Shown in pieces: positions 1-9,769 of a stretch of DNA of 64,000 nt (positions are counted from its first letter, which is position 1; every line of letters begins with the position of its first letter). A program made the position numbers and the translations under genes. The notes beneath the pieces were generated by a model that was given only the letters and a program-made list of their open reading frames with translations, did not search any database and had not been told where the DNA came from. The stretch spans positions 1,984,001-2,048,000 of the forward strand of contig CAWETU010000001.1 of NCBI GenBank assembly GCA_963812135.1, read 5' to 3'. Source of the DNA: Vulcanimicrobiota bacterium. Lineage in GTDB: Bacteria > Vulcanimicrobiota > Vulcanimicrobiia > Eremiobacterales > Eremiobacteraceae.

Positions 1-2656
1 TAACAAAGCCAGCGTGGAGTTCGGCGGCGTCGGCGGCCGCTTCTCGTATTACGGCGGCTTCGCGGCCGTCAATCAGAACTACCGCTACATCAACAGCAGC
101 AACGGCGCGGGCACGGGCGGATACTTCTATCCGCTCAACGTTCCGACCGGCTCGGCCGGCGTGTATGCGGGCGGCACCGCCACGTTCGCGCCCGGCCAGT
201 CGTACGGCATCTATCAGACGCGCGATCGCGAGAACGTCGTGAACCTGCACTACTCGCTGCCGCACGGCGTGAACAGCGACGACATCCAGTTCCTGTATTT
301 GACGAGCGAGCTGTGGGCCTACTACTATAGCTCGATCGACGACCTCGGCGGACCGACTCAGGTGAGCACGACCAACGGCGGACAGCCGATCCCGTGGTCG
401 GACGGCACCGTCTACAACGGCCCCGTGTACAAGCCGGTCAACACTTCGGTGAGCCTGTACCCGACGTACATCTTCCCGAGCTCCGCGATGCACCAGCCGT
501 TCAGCGCGCTGCCGGAGACGATTCGCGACGGCAACGACAACGGCGTCGCCATCACCAAGCTGCAGTATCAGCGCAACTTCGACAGCCGCTCGTATCTGCG
601 CATCTTCGGCTACACGCTATACTCGAATTGGTTCATCAACGGTCCGGTGAGCGCGTTCTTGCCGTTCGGCGCGGAAGTCGCCGACTACGAATTGCCGCTG
701 CACCAATACGGCGCGAACATCACGTACTCGAATCAGCTCAGCGACCAGCACTTGCTGACCGCTTCAGCGTTCTGGACGTATGCGGGCGTTCAGCGCTACT
801 CCAGCACCAATGGCTTCCCCGGCTCGAGCCCCTTCCGGCCGATCACCAACTACATCGACGCCGCAGGCAATTGCTACAACGCGGCCGGCAATATCGCGAG
901 CTGCTTCGACAGCGCCAATCGCGGCTTTCCGATCTCGGCCGCGCCGGGCGCGCCCAATAACCCGATGCCGTTCACGGCGCCGGGCGGTTCACCCGCAGCG
1001 CTCGCAGGCGCGCAATGGGTCGTCACCGAGAACGGCTATCGGGCCAACCTGAACCAAGTCGATCCGGAAACCACGGCGCTCGCCATCAGCGACAATTGGA
1101 AGGCCAGCGATCGCATGACGATCACGCTCGGCGCGCGCGAGGAAAAATACGTGTTCCAACTGCCCGACACGGTGGACGGCTATCCGGCGCGGCCCTTCTG
1201 GTTCGCGGCCTACAACCGCGAGTTTTGCGTGGTGCCGGGGGTGCTCACCCCACAGCGCAAGGCCAATCCGGCCGAAACCTGCGCGGCCGATTTCCCGGGC
1301 AGCACGCCGGTCACGCTGACCAATCAGAGCGGCGGCAGTCTGACGCACGCGGTGTTCGAGCCGCGCTTCGGCATCACGTACGCAGCCGGTCCGTCCGACG
1401 TGTTCCGCGGATCGTGGGGCATCTTCGCGCGGCCGCCCGATTCGCGCGACGCCGCGTACAACACCGTCCAGCAAGATCTCGCGACGTTCGTCGGCGTCAA
1501 TCTCGTGCCGTACGGTTACACGTCGCCGCAGCACGACATCAAGCCCGACACCTCGAGCAACGCCGACCTCTCGTGGGAGCATGCTTTCCGGGATAGCGAT
1601 GTGAGCTTCAAACTCACGCCGTTCTACCGGAGCACGCAGAACCAGCTGCAGCAGTTCGTGCTCAATCCGCTCACGGGATTGTTCGGCAGCCTCAACGTCG
1701 GCACGCAGACGTCGACCGGCGTCGAGTTCGCGCTCAATAAAGGCAACTTCAGCCGCGACGGCTGGTCGGCGCAGCTCGCTTACACGTACATCCACAGCAC
1801 GATCAAGTACTCGAACTTCCAGAACGGACGCAACGTCATCGACAACCTGAACACGTACATCACGCAGTACAACGCCTACACGCAAGGCTGCGTCGGACTG
1901 ACGACGCCGACCTGTTCGGCGACGGGCGCGCCCAGCGCGCTCGCGTTCCCCTGTTTCACCGCGGGCGTCGGCCACAACGGCGTGTGCGCGCCTGGCGACG
2001 TCACCAATCCGTACTTCACGATGGCGACGCAGCCGCTGTTCGATCGCAACGGGGCGTACACGACCTACGACCTCATTCCCGCGCCGTTCTTCGCGGCCAA
2101 CGGATACGAGACGCCGAGCGTGGCCTCGCTCATCGTCGGCTACAAGCGCGGACCGTTGACCGTCACGCCGAGCGTGACGTGGAGCTCGGGCGCCAAGTAC
2201 GGCTCGCCGCTCTCCTGGCCAGGCTATGCGCCAGACACGTGCGCGAGCAACGGCACGGGTGGCGCCGCGACGCCATCGTGCAGCGGCCAGATCTTCATCC
2301 CCGACGTGTACACCGGCAAGTTCGACAACCTCGGCGCGTTCAACGAGCCGTCGCGGCTGACCGCGAACCTGCAGATCGGCTACAAGCTCTCGCCGGCGGT
2401 GACCACCACGTTGACGATGACGGGACTGGTCGACACGTGCAACCAGCGCGGCTATGTGTGGGATTATTCCAACGTCTGCGTGTACTCGAGCTTGCCGTCA
2501 GGCATTCTCGCACCGGCCGGCAATTTCTCGGCAGCTCCGCCGGTGCAGCTCAAGTATCCCTACGCGATGTGGCTCAACAACAACAACACCGGCTTTGTGG
2601 GCACGAGGATCCCGTTCCAAGCGGCGTTGACCTTCGAGTTCAAACCGAGCTTCTAG
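1..2656 (+). CDS. TonB-dependent receptor-like outer-membrane beta-barrel (5' end outside window)
   Basis: Frame is open from the window edge. Amphipathic beta-strand segments (EPRFGITY, DLSWEH, GVEFAL, AQLAYTY) and a C-terminal Phe. Confidence 0.75.
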   Translation, partial: NKASVEFGGVGGRFSYYGGFAAVNQNYRYINSSNGAGTGGYFYPLNVPTGSAGVYAGGTATFAPGQSYGIYQTRDRENVVNLHYSLPHGVNSDDIQFLYLTSELWAYYYSSIDDLGGPTQVSTTNGGQPIPWSDGTVYNGPVYKPVNTSVSLYPTYIFPSSAMHQPFSALPETIRDGNDNGVAITKLQYQRNFDSRSYLRIFGYTLYSNWFINGPVSAFLPFGAEVADYELPLHQYGANITYSNQLSDQHLLTASAFWTYAGVQRYSSTNGFPGSSPFRPITNYIDAAGNCYNAAGNIASCFDSANRGFPISAAPGAPNNPMPFTAPGGSPAALAGAQWVVTENGYRANLNQVDPETTALAISDNWKASDRMTITLGAREEKYVFQLPDTVDGYPARPFWFAAYNREFCVVPGVLTPQRKANPAETCAADFPGSTPVTLTNQSGGSLTHAVFEPRFGITYAAGPSDVFRGSWGIFARPPDSRDAAYNTVQQDLATFVGVNLVPYGYTSPQHDIKPDTSSNADLSWEHAFRDSDVSFKLTPFYRSTQNQLQQFVLNPLTGLFGSLNVGTQTSTGVEFALNKGNFSRDGWSAQLAYTYIHSTIKYSNFQNGRNVIDNLNTYITQYNAYTQGCVGLTTPTCSATGAPSALAFPCFTAGVGHNGVCAPGDVTNPYFTMATQPLFDRNGAYTTYDLIPAPFFAANGYETPSVASLIVGYKRGPLTVTPSVTWSSGAKYGSPLSWPGYAPDTCASNGTGGAATPSCSGQIFIPDVYTGKFDNLGAFNEPSRLTANLQIGYKLSPAVTTTLTMTGLVDTCNQRGYVWDYSNVCVYSSLPSGILAPAGNFSAAPPVQLKYPYAMWLNNNNTGFVGTRIPFQAALTFEFKPSF

Positions 2657-3414
2657 GAGCGGAGCCAGAGCAGCGCTGCGGTCGCGAGCAACAGCAGGCC
2701 GAAGCCTGCTTTGAGCGCGGTCTCGGGCAAACGGTGGGCAAGCACGACGCCGAACGATACGGTGCACACGCTGCCTGCCGCGAGCGCGAGACCGATCGGC
2801 CAATGGATGTCGCCGGCTCTGCCGTAAACGACAAGGCCGAAGATCAGCCCGGGAACCACCAGCGCCAAGCCCATGCCCTGCGCGACCGTTTGCGTCATAC
2901 CGAACGCTAAGGTGAGCGCGGGCACCGAAAAGACGGCGCCGCCGACGGTGAACAACCCCGACAGCGCGCCGCCGAACAACCCGACGATGCCGGTCAACGG
3001 CCACGGCAAGACGATCGCCTTGCGCTCCCTGCCGCCGCGCCATTCCGCGTACGCGCGCCACATGTAATAGACGGCGAGCACCACAAGAAAAATCGCATAG
3101 CCTCGGCGCAACGGCGCGCTCGGCAGCGTGACGGCGATCCGTGCGAAGACGTAGGTGGAGGCCGCGGCGGTCAGCGACATGAGCGCGACGATGCGCCCGT
3201 CCATGCCGCCGCGCCGCCAATACTGATAGAGCCCTATGAGGACGGTCGGCACGATCATCACGAGCGACGTGCCTTGCGCGTGCTGCTGATCCATGCCGAA
3301 AGCCAGCCCCAGGACGGCGATGGCGATCAGCCCGCCGCCGATGCCGAACAGGCCGCCAAGCAGGCCGAGCACCAGCCCGATGGCCAGGAACACGAGGTAC
3401 TCAAACGGCGGCAT
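2653..3414 (-). CDS. TauE/SafE (TSUP) family membrane protein
   Basis: GLLGGLFGIGGG and AQGTSL motifs repeated in both halves; multiple hydrophobic segments. Confidence 0.85.
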   Translation of the reverse strand: MPPFEYLVFLAIGLVLGLLGGLFGIGGGLIAIAVLGLAFGMDQQHAQGTSLVMIVPTVLIGLYQYWRRGGMDGRIVALMSLTAAASTYVFARIAVTLPSAPLRRGYAIFLVVLAVYYMWRAYAEWRGGRERKAIVLPWPLTGIVGLFGGALSGLFTVGGAVFSVPALTLAFGMTQTVAQGMGLALVVPGLIFGLVVYGRAGDIHWPIGLALAAGSVCTVSFGVVLAHRLPETALKAGFGLLLLATAALLWLRS

Positions 3415-3517
3415 TGCCGGGCCGTTACCGGGCGGCGAACTCCTCGCCTTCGGGCGATTCGAGTTTGGTCATACTGTCAGGTGGGATACCGCGGCTCGGC
3501 GGCGTATTGGCCACTTC

Positions 3518-3967
3518 GTGCGCCAGCTTAACGCCCTCGTACTAGCCTCGCTCGTCGCCGTCATGGCGGCGGGTTGTTCATCCACGGTCACTACCACGAC
3601 GAATGATCCCGATGCGCAAGGCGTCATGGATACGCTGATACCGGCGGCCTTCGGCCATTGGGATGTCAACGCGCTCGTCGCGGTGGCGGATCCGGCGGTG
3701 TACACACCCGAGCGCGTGCAACGTGCGCGCTTGTTTTTCGGCGAACTCTCGTCGAAGCTCGGGCCCATGGTCGCGTATAACAAGGCGCACGGGACGACCC
3801 AGATCTCCGGCAGTGGCGCCGATCAGATCAAGAAAGCGTCGTATGATGCGATTGTCGTCTTTAAAAAAGGCACGGCCACGATCCACGTCGAGGCTGCGAA
3901 GAAACAGGGCCGCTGGCTGATCGAAGACGCAAGCGTCCAACCCTCGCAACATCTGCTCGTCCACTAA
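3518..3967 (+). CDS. Putative lipoprotein
   Basis: GTG start, hydrophobic stretch, then lipobox-like MAAG-C. Start shortened relative to the ORF track. Confidence 0.6.
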   Translation: MRQLNALVLASLVAVMAAGCSSTVTTTTNDPDAQGVMDTLIPAAFGHWDVNALVAVADPAVYTPERVQRARLFFGELSSKLGPMVAYNKAHGTTQISGSGADQIKKASYDAIVVFKKGTATIHVEAAKKQGRWLIEDASVQPSQHLLVH

Positions 3968-4042
3968 CTCGTGACACAGACCTGGCACGGATTCGCCAGA
4001 AACGTGCTTGGTAGCAGCTACTCCGAAAGCGAAGGGTACTGC

Positions 4043-4076
4043 GGCCCGCATTCATGCCCGTGAAGTGCGGGCCTTT
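4043..4076 (+). terminator. Intrinsic terminator-like hairpin
   Basis: GGCCCGCA-TTCA / TGAA-g-TGCGGGCC stem followed by TTT. Confidence 0.5.
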
Positions 4077-4123
4077 GTGTGGAGCGGAGGGTTGGGCGAG
4101 ATTCGCGTGGCATACCTGACCGC

Positions 4124-5071
4124 ATGAAAAGCTTTGCGATCGTTCTGCTTGCAGCAATCGTCCTTTCCCAAACTTCCGCCCAAAGCCGCGCGGCCACGAG
4201 CCCTTGGAGCTCGACTGCCACGATGGGTTGGACTCAGTATGCGATGGCGGGCGCGCGCGTCGGCCATAAGATCTACCTGATCGGCGACCGCCAAGCGCTG
4301 CACATCTACGACATCACCGCCAACTCGTGGTCGACCGGCGCCGCGGTGCCGAACAACCAATACGGGCCGATCGTCGCAACCGGCGGGAAGGTCTACGTCA
4401 TCGGCGGCGCGACCGGCCCACGCATCACGAGCGATGTCCGGGCGTACGATCCCACCGCGAACAGCTGGACGAAGGTCGCGAGTCTGCCCTCAGCGCGCGG
4501 CGCGGGCGCTGCGGCGGTGCTGAGCGGCAAGATCCACCTCGTCGGCGGCCGCGCGTATCAAGGCGCGACGCTTGTCGATGTCACCGATCATCTCGTCTAC
4601 GACCCTGCCACAAACGCATGGAGCAAACTCGCGCCCATGCTGACCGCGCGCGATCAACTCGCGCTCGTTCCAGACCCGACGGGCGGCAAACTCTACGCCA
4701 TCGGCGGCTGGAACACGACCACCGTGAACCCCTCTGGCGGCAACGAAGCGTATAACGCCGCGACCGACACGTGGACGAAGATGCCGAAGATGCCGACGCC
4801 GCGCATGAACATCGGCGCCGCATTGCTCAACGGTTACATCTACGCCGCCGGCGGCGCGACGAACCGCGTGATGTACTCGGGCGTGGAAGCGTACAACGTG
4901 CAATCAGGCAAATGGACCGTCACCGCGCCGCTGCCGGCCGCGCGTCCGAAGGCCAGCGCGATCGCGTACAACGGCACGCTCTATGTGACCGGCGGGAACG
5001 TCTGTCAGGACGGCGCGTGCTATGGCACCAATAAGTTCTGGACGTACACGCCCGTGGCGCCCAACCCATAG
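4124..5071 (+). CDS. Secreted Kelch-repeat beta-propeller protein
   Basis: Signal peptide MKSFAIVLLAA; repeated KIYxxGG...YDPxxNxW Kelch motifs. Confidence 0.88.
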   Translation: MKSFAIVLLAAIVLSQTSAQSRAATSPWSSTATMGWTQYAMAGARVGHKIYLIGDRQALHIYDITANSWSTGAAVPNNQYGPIVATGGKVYVIGGATGPRITSDVRAYDPTANSWTKVASLPSARGAGAAAVLSGKIHLVGGRAYQGATLVDVTDHLVYDPATNAWSKLAPMLTARDQLALVPDPTGGKLYAIGGWNTTTVNPSGGNEAYNAATDTWTKMPKMPTPRMNIGAALLNGYIYAAGGATNRVMYSGVEAYNVQSGKWTVTAPLPAARPKASAIAYNGTLYVTGGNVCQDGACYGTNKFWTYTPVAPNP

Positions 5072-5118
5072 AATCGCCGGAGAGGTTACGCGCCGGACGA
5101 GCCTAAGTCTGCGCAACG

Positions 5119-5763
5119 ATGCCCCGCTTGTCCATCGGTTTTTGGTTCTGCGCGGCGATCGCGATCATCGCCGCCGCTCTCGCCAATCCATGCGTTGAGT
5201 TCGCTTCAAATGCGGGCTGGTTCGGGCATGGAGTCTTCACGGACCGTAGCAACGTCGACGTCATCCCGACCCTTGTCGTTGGGATCGCGCTCCCCGCTTT
5301 GCGTTTCTTGCGACGGATCACCGAACTGCTATTCCCCGCGGGCGCCGGACGCGTGCAAACGTGGCTCCGACTTGCCAGCCGCGTTCTGCGCGTGCGGAAC
5401 GTGCTGTCGTTCGTGCCGGCCGCCTTCGGCATGCAGCTGCTCGTGCTGTTCTCGATGGAGTCCCTTGAACAACTGGCGGTGCGCGGGCACCTCCTAGGCG
5501 GCATGCTCTGGCTCGGCGGCCCAATCGCGGTAGGTCTGTTGGTTCACGCGCTCTTCTGCGTCGCGACGGCGTTTGCGCTCGCCAGGATCATGCAAGGGCT
5601 CGAACACGGCGCGGTGCGCGTCGCACGGCTGATCTGCAGCGCATTGCTGTCCGCCCGCGACATTCCGCCGATCATCTTGCGCCGGGATCTGACGACCAGC
5701 CTTCCGATATCGCCGCTGCGCTGCAGCACCGGCGAACGCGCGCCTCCGTCCTTCGCCCGCTAA
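5119..5763 (+). CDS. Membrane protein with C-terminal RAPP motif (candidate arrest/monitoring peptide)
   Basis: About 4 hydrophobic segments; ends GERAPPSFAR. Confidence 0.65.
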   Translation: MPRLSIGFWFCAAIAIIAAALANPCVEFASNAGWFGHGVFTDRSNVDVIPTLVVGIALPALRFLRRITELLFPAGAGRVQTWLRLASRVLRVRNVLSFVPAAFGMQLLVLFSMESLEQLAVRGHLLGGMLWLGGPIAVGLLVHALFCVATAFALARIMQGLEHGAVRVARLICSALLSARDIPPIILRRDLTTSLPISPLRCSTGERAPPSFAR

Positions 5764-5805
5764 CCAACTCTTCGACCTCACGTCCGGACGGAGCACGTAC
5801 TCACA

Positions 5806-7050
5806 GTGCGTCAACCCAGAACGCTGGGGCGCAGGACGCTCGCCATCATCGTGGCGGGCGTCGCGCTCATCCTCATCGCCGGCATCGTCATCATGTGGCG
5901 ATCGGGCAAACACTATGCCGGCAATATCGCCGCCAGGCTGACGATGGGCGATCAGCCCGTGGACATCTTGCTGATCGCAAACAACGGGCGCGATCTGAAG
6001 GCGAGCGATCCGCTAGGTCTTGGATCGGCGGCCGGCCAGGCCGACGTCATCCTGCTTGCGCGCGTCGACCCGAAGGCGCACGCGATCTACGCGATCACCA
6101 TTCCGCGAGACGCGTTGGTCGCACAGCCGCAATGGCACAACTCCGTGCCGAAGATCAAGACGCTATTCTTCATGGGAGATCAAGAGACGCCGCCGCGCGG
6201 TCCGCAGTACCTTTCGCAAGCCGTAGCCGCGTTGACTGGGTTACCGGTGGATGGGTACATCGCCGCGAATTTCGCCGGGTTCAAGGAGGCGGTCGATTTC
6301 GCGGGCGGGCTGACCGTGAACGTCAAGCAACGTATCTACGATCCGCAATTCAGCCATGCAGATTTCCGGCCGGGCATCCAGCACATGAACGGCGCCCAGG
6401 CGCTGGCGTTCATCCGCGTGCGTCAAAATCAAGCCGGCAACTCCTACCGAGTCAACGACTACGAGCGCATGCAGGCGGAGGTCGAGGTGCTCGGGCTGTT
6501 GCGCAACAAGCTGCTCGACCCGCTACGAGCGTCGACGCTGTTGCCGGCATTCGTCGAGCACATGAAACACGACGTCGCCACGAGCTTCCCGCACGACCAA
6601 CTCGTCCGCATCGGCGTCGCGATGGCCGGCGCACCAGTATTCCAGGTGCCGCTAGGGTCTGTTGGAGACTCGATGGTGTTGGCGCGGGCGAGCGTGCCCG
6701 GCATCAATCATTCCGGCACGATCGACGAGGCGGAGTACGTCGTCCTCGATCCGTCAGAAGTGCAACGGCATCTCGCGGAGTTCGGATCGCGCTCGTCGAG
6801 CACGGGATTGCCGCCCTTCGCCGATCCCGCCTCGATGCACATCGACCTGCACGGTTCGAAACACCTCGCCCTGCATTTCGAGCATCTCGGTTTCGTGCAC
6901 GTCCGCGTCGTCGGAGGAGCGACCGGAGAAGAGCGTGTCGTCTACCCCAGCGCGCAGCCTGCGACCGGCTGGCAAGTCGCGCGCGCGATGGGCGTCGGGA
7001 ACGTGTACGTCCAGCCTGGCGACGGCACCGTTGTCACGGTCTACGAATAG
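5806..7050 (+). CDS. LCP (LytR-CpsA-Psr) family protein
   Basis: N-terminal TM; ADVILLARVD, IPRD, ALAFIRVR and DYERMQ motifs. Confidence 0.85.
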   Translation: MRQPRTLGRRTLAIIVAGVALILIAGIVIMWRSGKHYAGNIAARLTMGDQPVDILLIANNGRDLKASDPLGLGSAAGQADVILLARVDPKAHAIYAITIPRDALVAQPQWHNSVPKIKTLFFMGDQETPPRGPQYLSQAVAALTGLPVDGYIAANFAGFKEAVDFAGGLTVNVKQRIYDPQFSHADFRPGIQHMNGAQALAFIRVRQNQAGNSYRVNDYERMQAEVEVLGLLRNKLLDPLRASTLLPAFVEHMKHDVATSFPHDQLVRIGVAMAGAPVFQVPLGSVGDSMVLARASVPGINHSGTIDEAEYVVLDPSEVQRHLAEFGSRSSSTGLPPFADPASMHIDLHGSKHLALHFEHLGFVHVRVVGGATGEERVVYPSAQPATGWQVARAMGVGNVYVQPGDGTVVTVYE

Positions 7051-7133
7051 ACCACCGAGTCGGCCTACGCCGTCAGGTCAGCGCTCGCGTGTGAGTTCGA
7101 GGAGTTACCTCTAAACAGTGTAATCCGTCACTC

Positions 7134-8222
7134 ATGCGCGTCGCTCGCATCTTCGGCATCGACATCTACATCGATCTGAGCTGGTTCATCATCTTCGTGC
7201 TCGTCGCGTGGATGCTCAGCAGCGACGTCGGGCCGCTCCGGACGGCTGGGCTGTCCGCCGGCGAGCGGTGGGCATTCGGAGTCGTCACGTCGCTGCTCTT
7301 CTTCGGGAGCGTGCTCGCACACGAGCTTGCGCATTCCGTCGTCGCGCGCATGCGCGGATTGCCGGTCACGCGCATCACGCTGTTCATCTTCGGCGGCATC
7401 TCGCAGATCGGTGGCGCGTTTGACAGCGCGAACGCTGAGGGGTGGATCGCGTTCGTCGGGCCTCTCACGAGCGCCGTTCTCTCCGGGCTCTTCTACATCG
7501 TCGCGCAAGCGCTGGGCGCGCACTCGGCGTTTGGCCTGGCTGCCGGCTACCTCGGCTGGGCCAACGGAGCGCTGGCGATCTTCAACCTGCTGCCCGCCTA
7601 CCCGCTCGACGGCGGCAAGGTATTGCACTCGCTCATCTGGCGCGCGACCGGCGATCGCCGGCGTGCGACGCGCGTCGCAGCCGGCATCGGTCAGGCCATC
7701 GCGCTCCTCATGATCGCGCTCGGCATCTTCATGTCGTTCACCGTCAGCTTCTTCAGCGGATTGTGGTTTGCGCTGATCGGCTGGTTCCTGTACCAAGCCG
7801 GACGCTCGGAGGCGTCGACGTCCGAACTCGCCGCAGCACTGAAGGGGCAGACCGCACGCTCGATCGCGGTGACACCGCCTCCGGCGCTGTCGCCGGGCGA
7901 TACCGCCGGCACGGCGATGGCAGCACTCCTTCGCAGCGGGCAGCGTGCGGCGCCGGTGGTCGCCGATGGACGGCTCGTGGGCATCATCACCTTGACGGAT
8001 CTGGCTCGAGCTCACGCGGGCTCAGCTGACGCGCCGGTGTCCGCGTTGATGACGCCGATCGACAAGGTCAAGAGCGTCGCGCCTTCGGGGGACGCGATGG
8101 ACGCGCTGAGTCTGCTCGCGCAGACCGGTTATCACCAGCTCCCGGTCATCGACGATGCGGGGACGCTCGCCGGATTCATCACGCGCGAGGGATTGTTGCA
8201 GCGTCTTGCGCTAGCAGGGTAA
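7134..8222 (+). CDS. Site-2 protease (M50) with tandem CBS domains
   Basis: HELAH zinc motif, NLLPAYPLDGG, C-terminal CBS motifs (LVGIITLTD, LPVID...GFITREG). Confidence 0.92.
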   Translation: MRVARIFGIDIYIDLSWFIIFVLVAWMLSSDVGPLRTAGLSAGERWAFGVVTSLLFFGSVLAHELAHSVVARMRGLPVTRITLFIFGGISQIGGAFDSANAEGWIAFVGPLTSAVLSGLFYIVAQALGAHSAFGLAAGYLGWANGALAIFNLLPAYPLDGGKVLHSLIWRATGDRRRATRVAAGIGQAIALLMIALGIFMSFTVSFFSGLWFALIGWFLYQAGRSEASTSELAAALKGQTARSIAVTPPPALSPGDTAGTAMAALLRSGQRAAPVVADGRLVGIITLTDLARAHAGSADAPVSALMTPIDKVKSVAPSGDAMDALSLLAQTGYHQLPVIDDAGTLAGFITREGLLQRLALAG

Positions 8223-8230
8223 AAGAACGC

Positions 8231-8956
8231 ATGAGCAATCACAAACATCGCAGTCATGAGGAGCTCTACTCAGCAGCGGGCAGCCGTAAGACACGAGCAC
8301 ACACGCCCGTCGATCATCGCGCGGGAGGCCCGGCGTTGACGCTTCACGCGGGGCCGACCGAGTGGGCGGCAGTCGAACTTATCCACGTGAGAGCCGACCG
8401 CGCGCCGGCTGCGGTCGCCGCGAGCCAAACGCTGATCGAGCTGCTCGGGAGGGAAGTCGACGTGCGTTCGGCCGCGATCTTCGTGGCAAAACACGAACGC
8501 CGCGTCGCGACGTTTGTTTGGCTCACCGGACACGAGGATTACTCGAAGCTCCGAAACGCCTGGGACGAACACCATCTCGAGCGCGAACACCGCGAAGCCG
8601 TTGAGAAGCGGGATCTGTCAATCTGTCGCGTCAACGCGGTCGCCGGCGATCCGACCATCAGGCCGGGCACCCACACCGTGTGGGCGATCGAGAAATTGCC
8701 GCTCAGCGCGTCGCGTGCTGCCGAAGTATTGACGGTGATCGAGCGTTCGCGACCCGCGGGTTTCGTCGGCGCTGTGGTCTTCGGCGCGGACGACGGCACG
8801 CACAGCTACTTCGGACACCGCTGGGAACATAAAGAGAGCGTCGAATCATTCCGCGGCTCTGCGGCGGCCGTCCAAGCGATCGGACCCGCCGGAAAGACCG
8901 GCGACGCCTTCGAGCTCTACCAGCCGGTGTGGACGTTCGCACCGGTCGCGACCTGA
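8231..8956 (+). CDS. Hypothetical protein (possibly two ABM-like alpha/beta-barrel domains)
   Basis: ATG ORF of 241 aa starting 8 nt after the previous gene; family not recognised. Confidence 0.55.
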   Translation: MSNHKHRSHEELYSAAGSRKTRAHTPVDHRAGGPALTLHAGPTEWAAVELIHVRADRAPAAVAASQTLIELLGREVDVRSAAIFVAKHERRVATFVWLTGHEDYSKLRNAWDEHHLEREHREAVEKRDLSICRVNAVAGDPTIRPGTHTVWAIEKLPLSASRAAEVLTVIERSRPAGFVGAVVFGADDGTHSYFGHRWEHKESVESFRGSAAAVQAIGPAGKTGDAFELYQPVWTFAPVAT

Positions 8957-8964
8957 TACGCATC

Positions 8965-9318
8965 TTATAAGTGGAGTAGGCTCTCCCAGTCAGAAGGCAC
9001 ACGCCCCGCGGGGCCGGGCACGGGCTGGCTCAAAGGATGCGACTGGGGAGCGGGCAAGTCCGGCCCCGAAAAAAATTCGCCAGTGCGATAGTCAAAGAAC
9101 CAACGTTCCCCGGGTTCATAGCTTGTGATGATCGGATGGCCGGCAGCGGCGTGGTGCTTCGACGCGTGCTGGTTGGGCGAGTTGTCACAGCAGCCGATGT
9201 GCCCGCACTGCGCGCAGCGCCGGAGGTGTAACCACCACGCGTTTGTCGCCAGGCACTCAACGCATCCCGTACCACTTGGTTTTGCGGTGAGATCGATACC
9301 GCTTCTCTCGAGTTTCAT
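8965..9318 (-). CDS. UBP-type zinc finger protein
   Basis: CVEC...HLRRCAQCGHIGCCDNSPNQHASKH; ATG overlaps the upstream stop (ATGA). Confidence 0.88.
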   Translation of the reverse strand: MKLERSGIDLTAKPSGTGCVECLATNAWWLHLRRCAQCGHIGCCDNSPNQHASKHHAAAGHPIITSYEPGERWFFDYRTGEFFSGPDLPAPQSHPLSQPVPGPAGRVPSDWESLLHL

Positions 9319-9755
9319 GCGAGGCCGACCTGCTTCATGAACGTCTGGTTGTCCCAAAAGAGATACTCTTCGTCCATCACGCCGTCTTTCCAATGACCGA
9401 CGGTGCACATGGGCAGCTTGTAGGACTTGCCCGTCGGAGGAATCGTTTTCCCATCGCCTACCGGCATCGGTTTCGTGAACGTCCCCTCCATCAAACCGAT
9501 CACGCATGTCCAATCACCGGAGCCGAACTTGACCGGATGCACGCGAATGCGGTTATCCGGCGCAAAGACGAACTGCGCGCCCAGATCCTTGATATGCTGC
9601 TCGATGCCTTTGGTCGTGTGACCGTCGGGCCAATGCACCAGGATATCGTTCGCGTGGCTACGTGAGAGCTCGTCCCATTTCTGATTCGTGTAGACGTCGA
9701 AATCCAAGTCATCGAAGATGGCGATGTGGTCGAGAGTCGCTTGCTCATCGGTCAT
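9315..9755 (-). CDS. SnoaL-like ester cyclase
   Basis: HWPDGH, GTFTKPMP...PPTGK, EEYLFWD; SD AAGGAGG before ATG. Confidence 0.85.
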   Translation of the reverse strand: MTDEQATLDHIAIFDDLDFDVYTNQKWDELSRSHANDILVHWPDGHTTKGIEQHIKDLGAQFVFAPDNRIRVHPVKFGSGDWTCVIGLMEGTFTKPMPVGDGKTIPPTGKSYKLPMCTVGHWKDGVMDEEYLFWDNQTFMKQVGLA

Positions 9756-9769
9756 GGTGCCCTCCTTAC

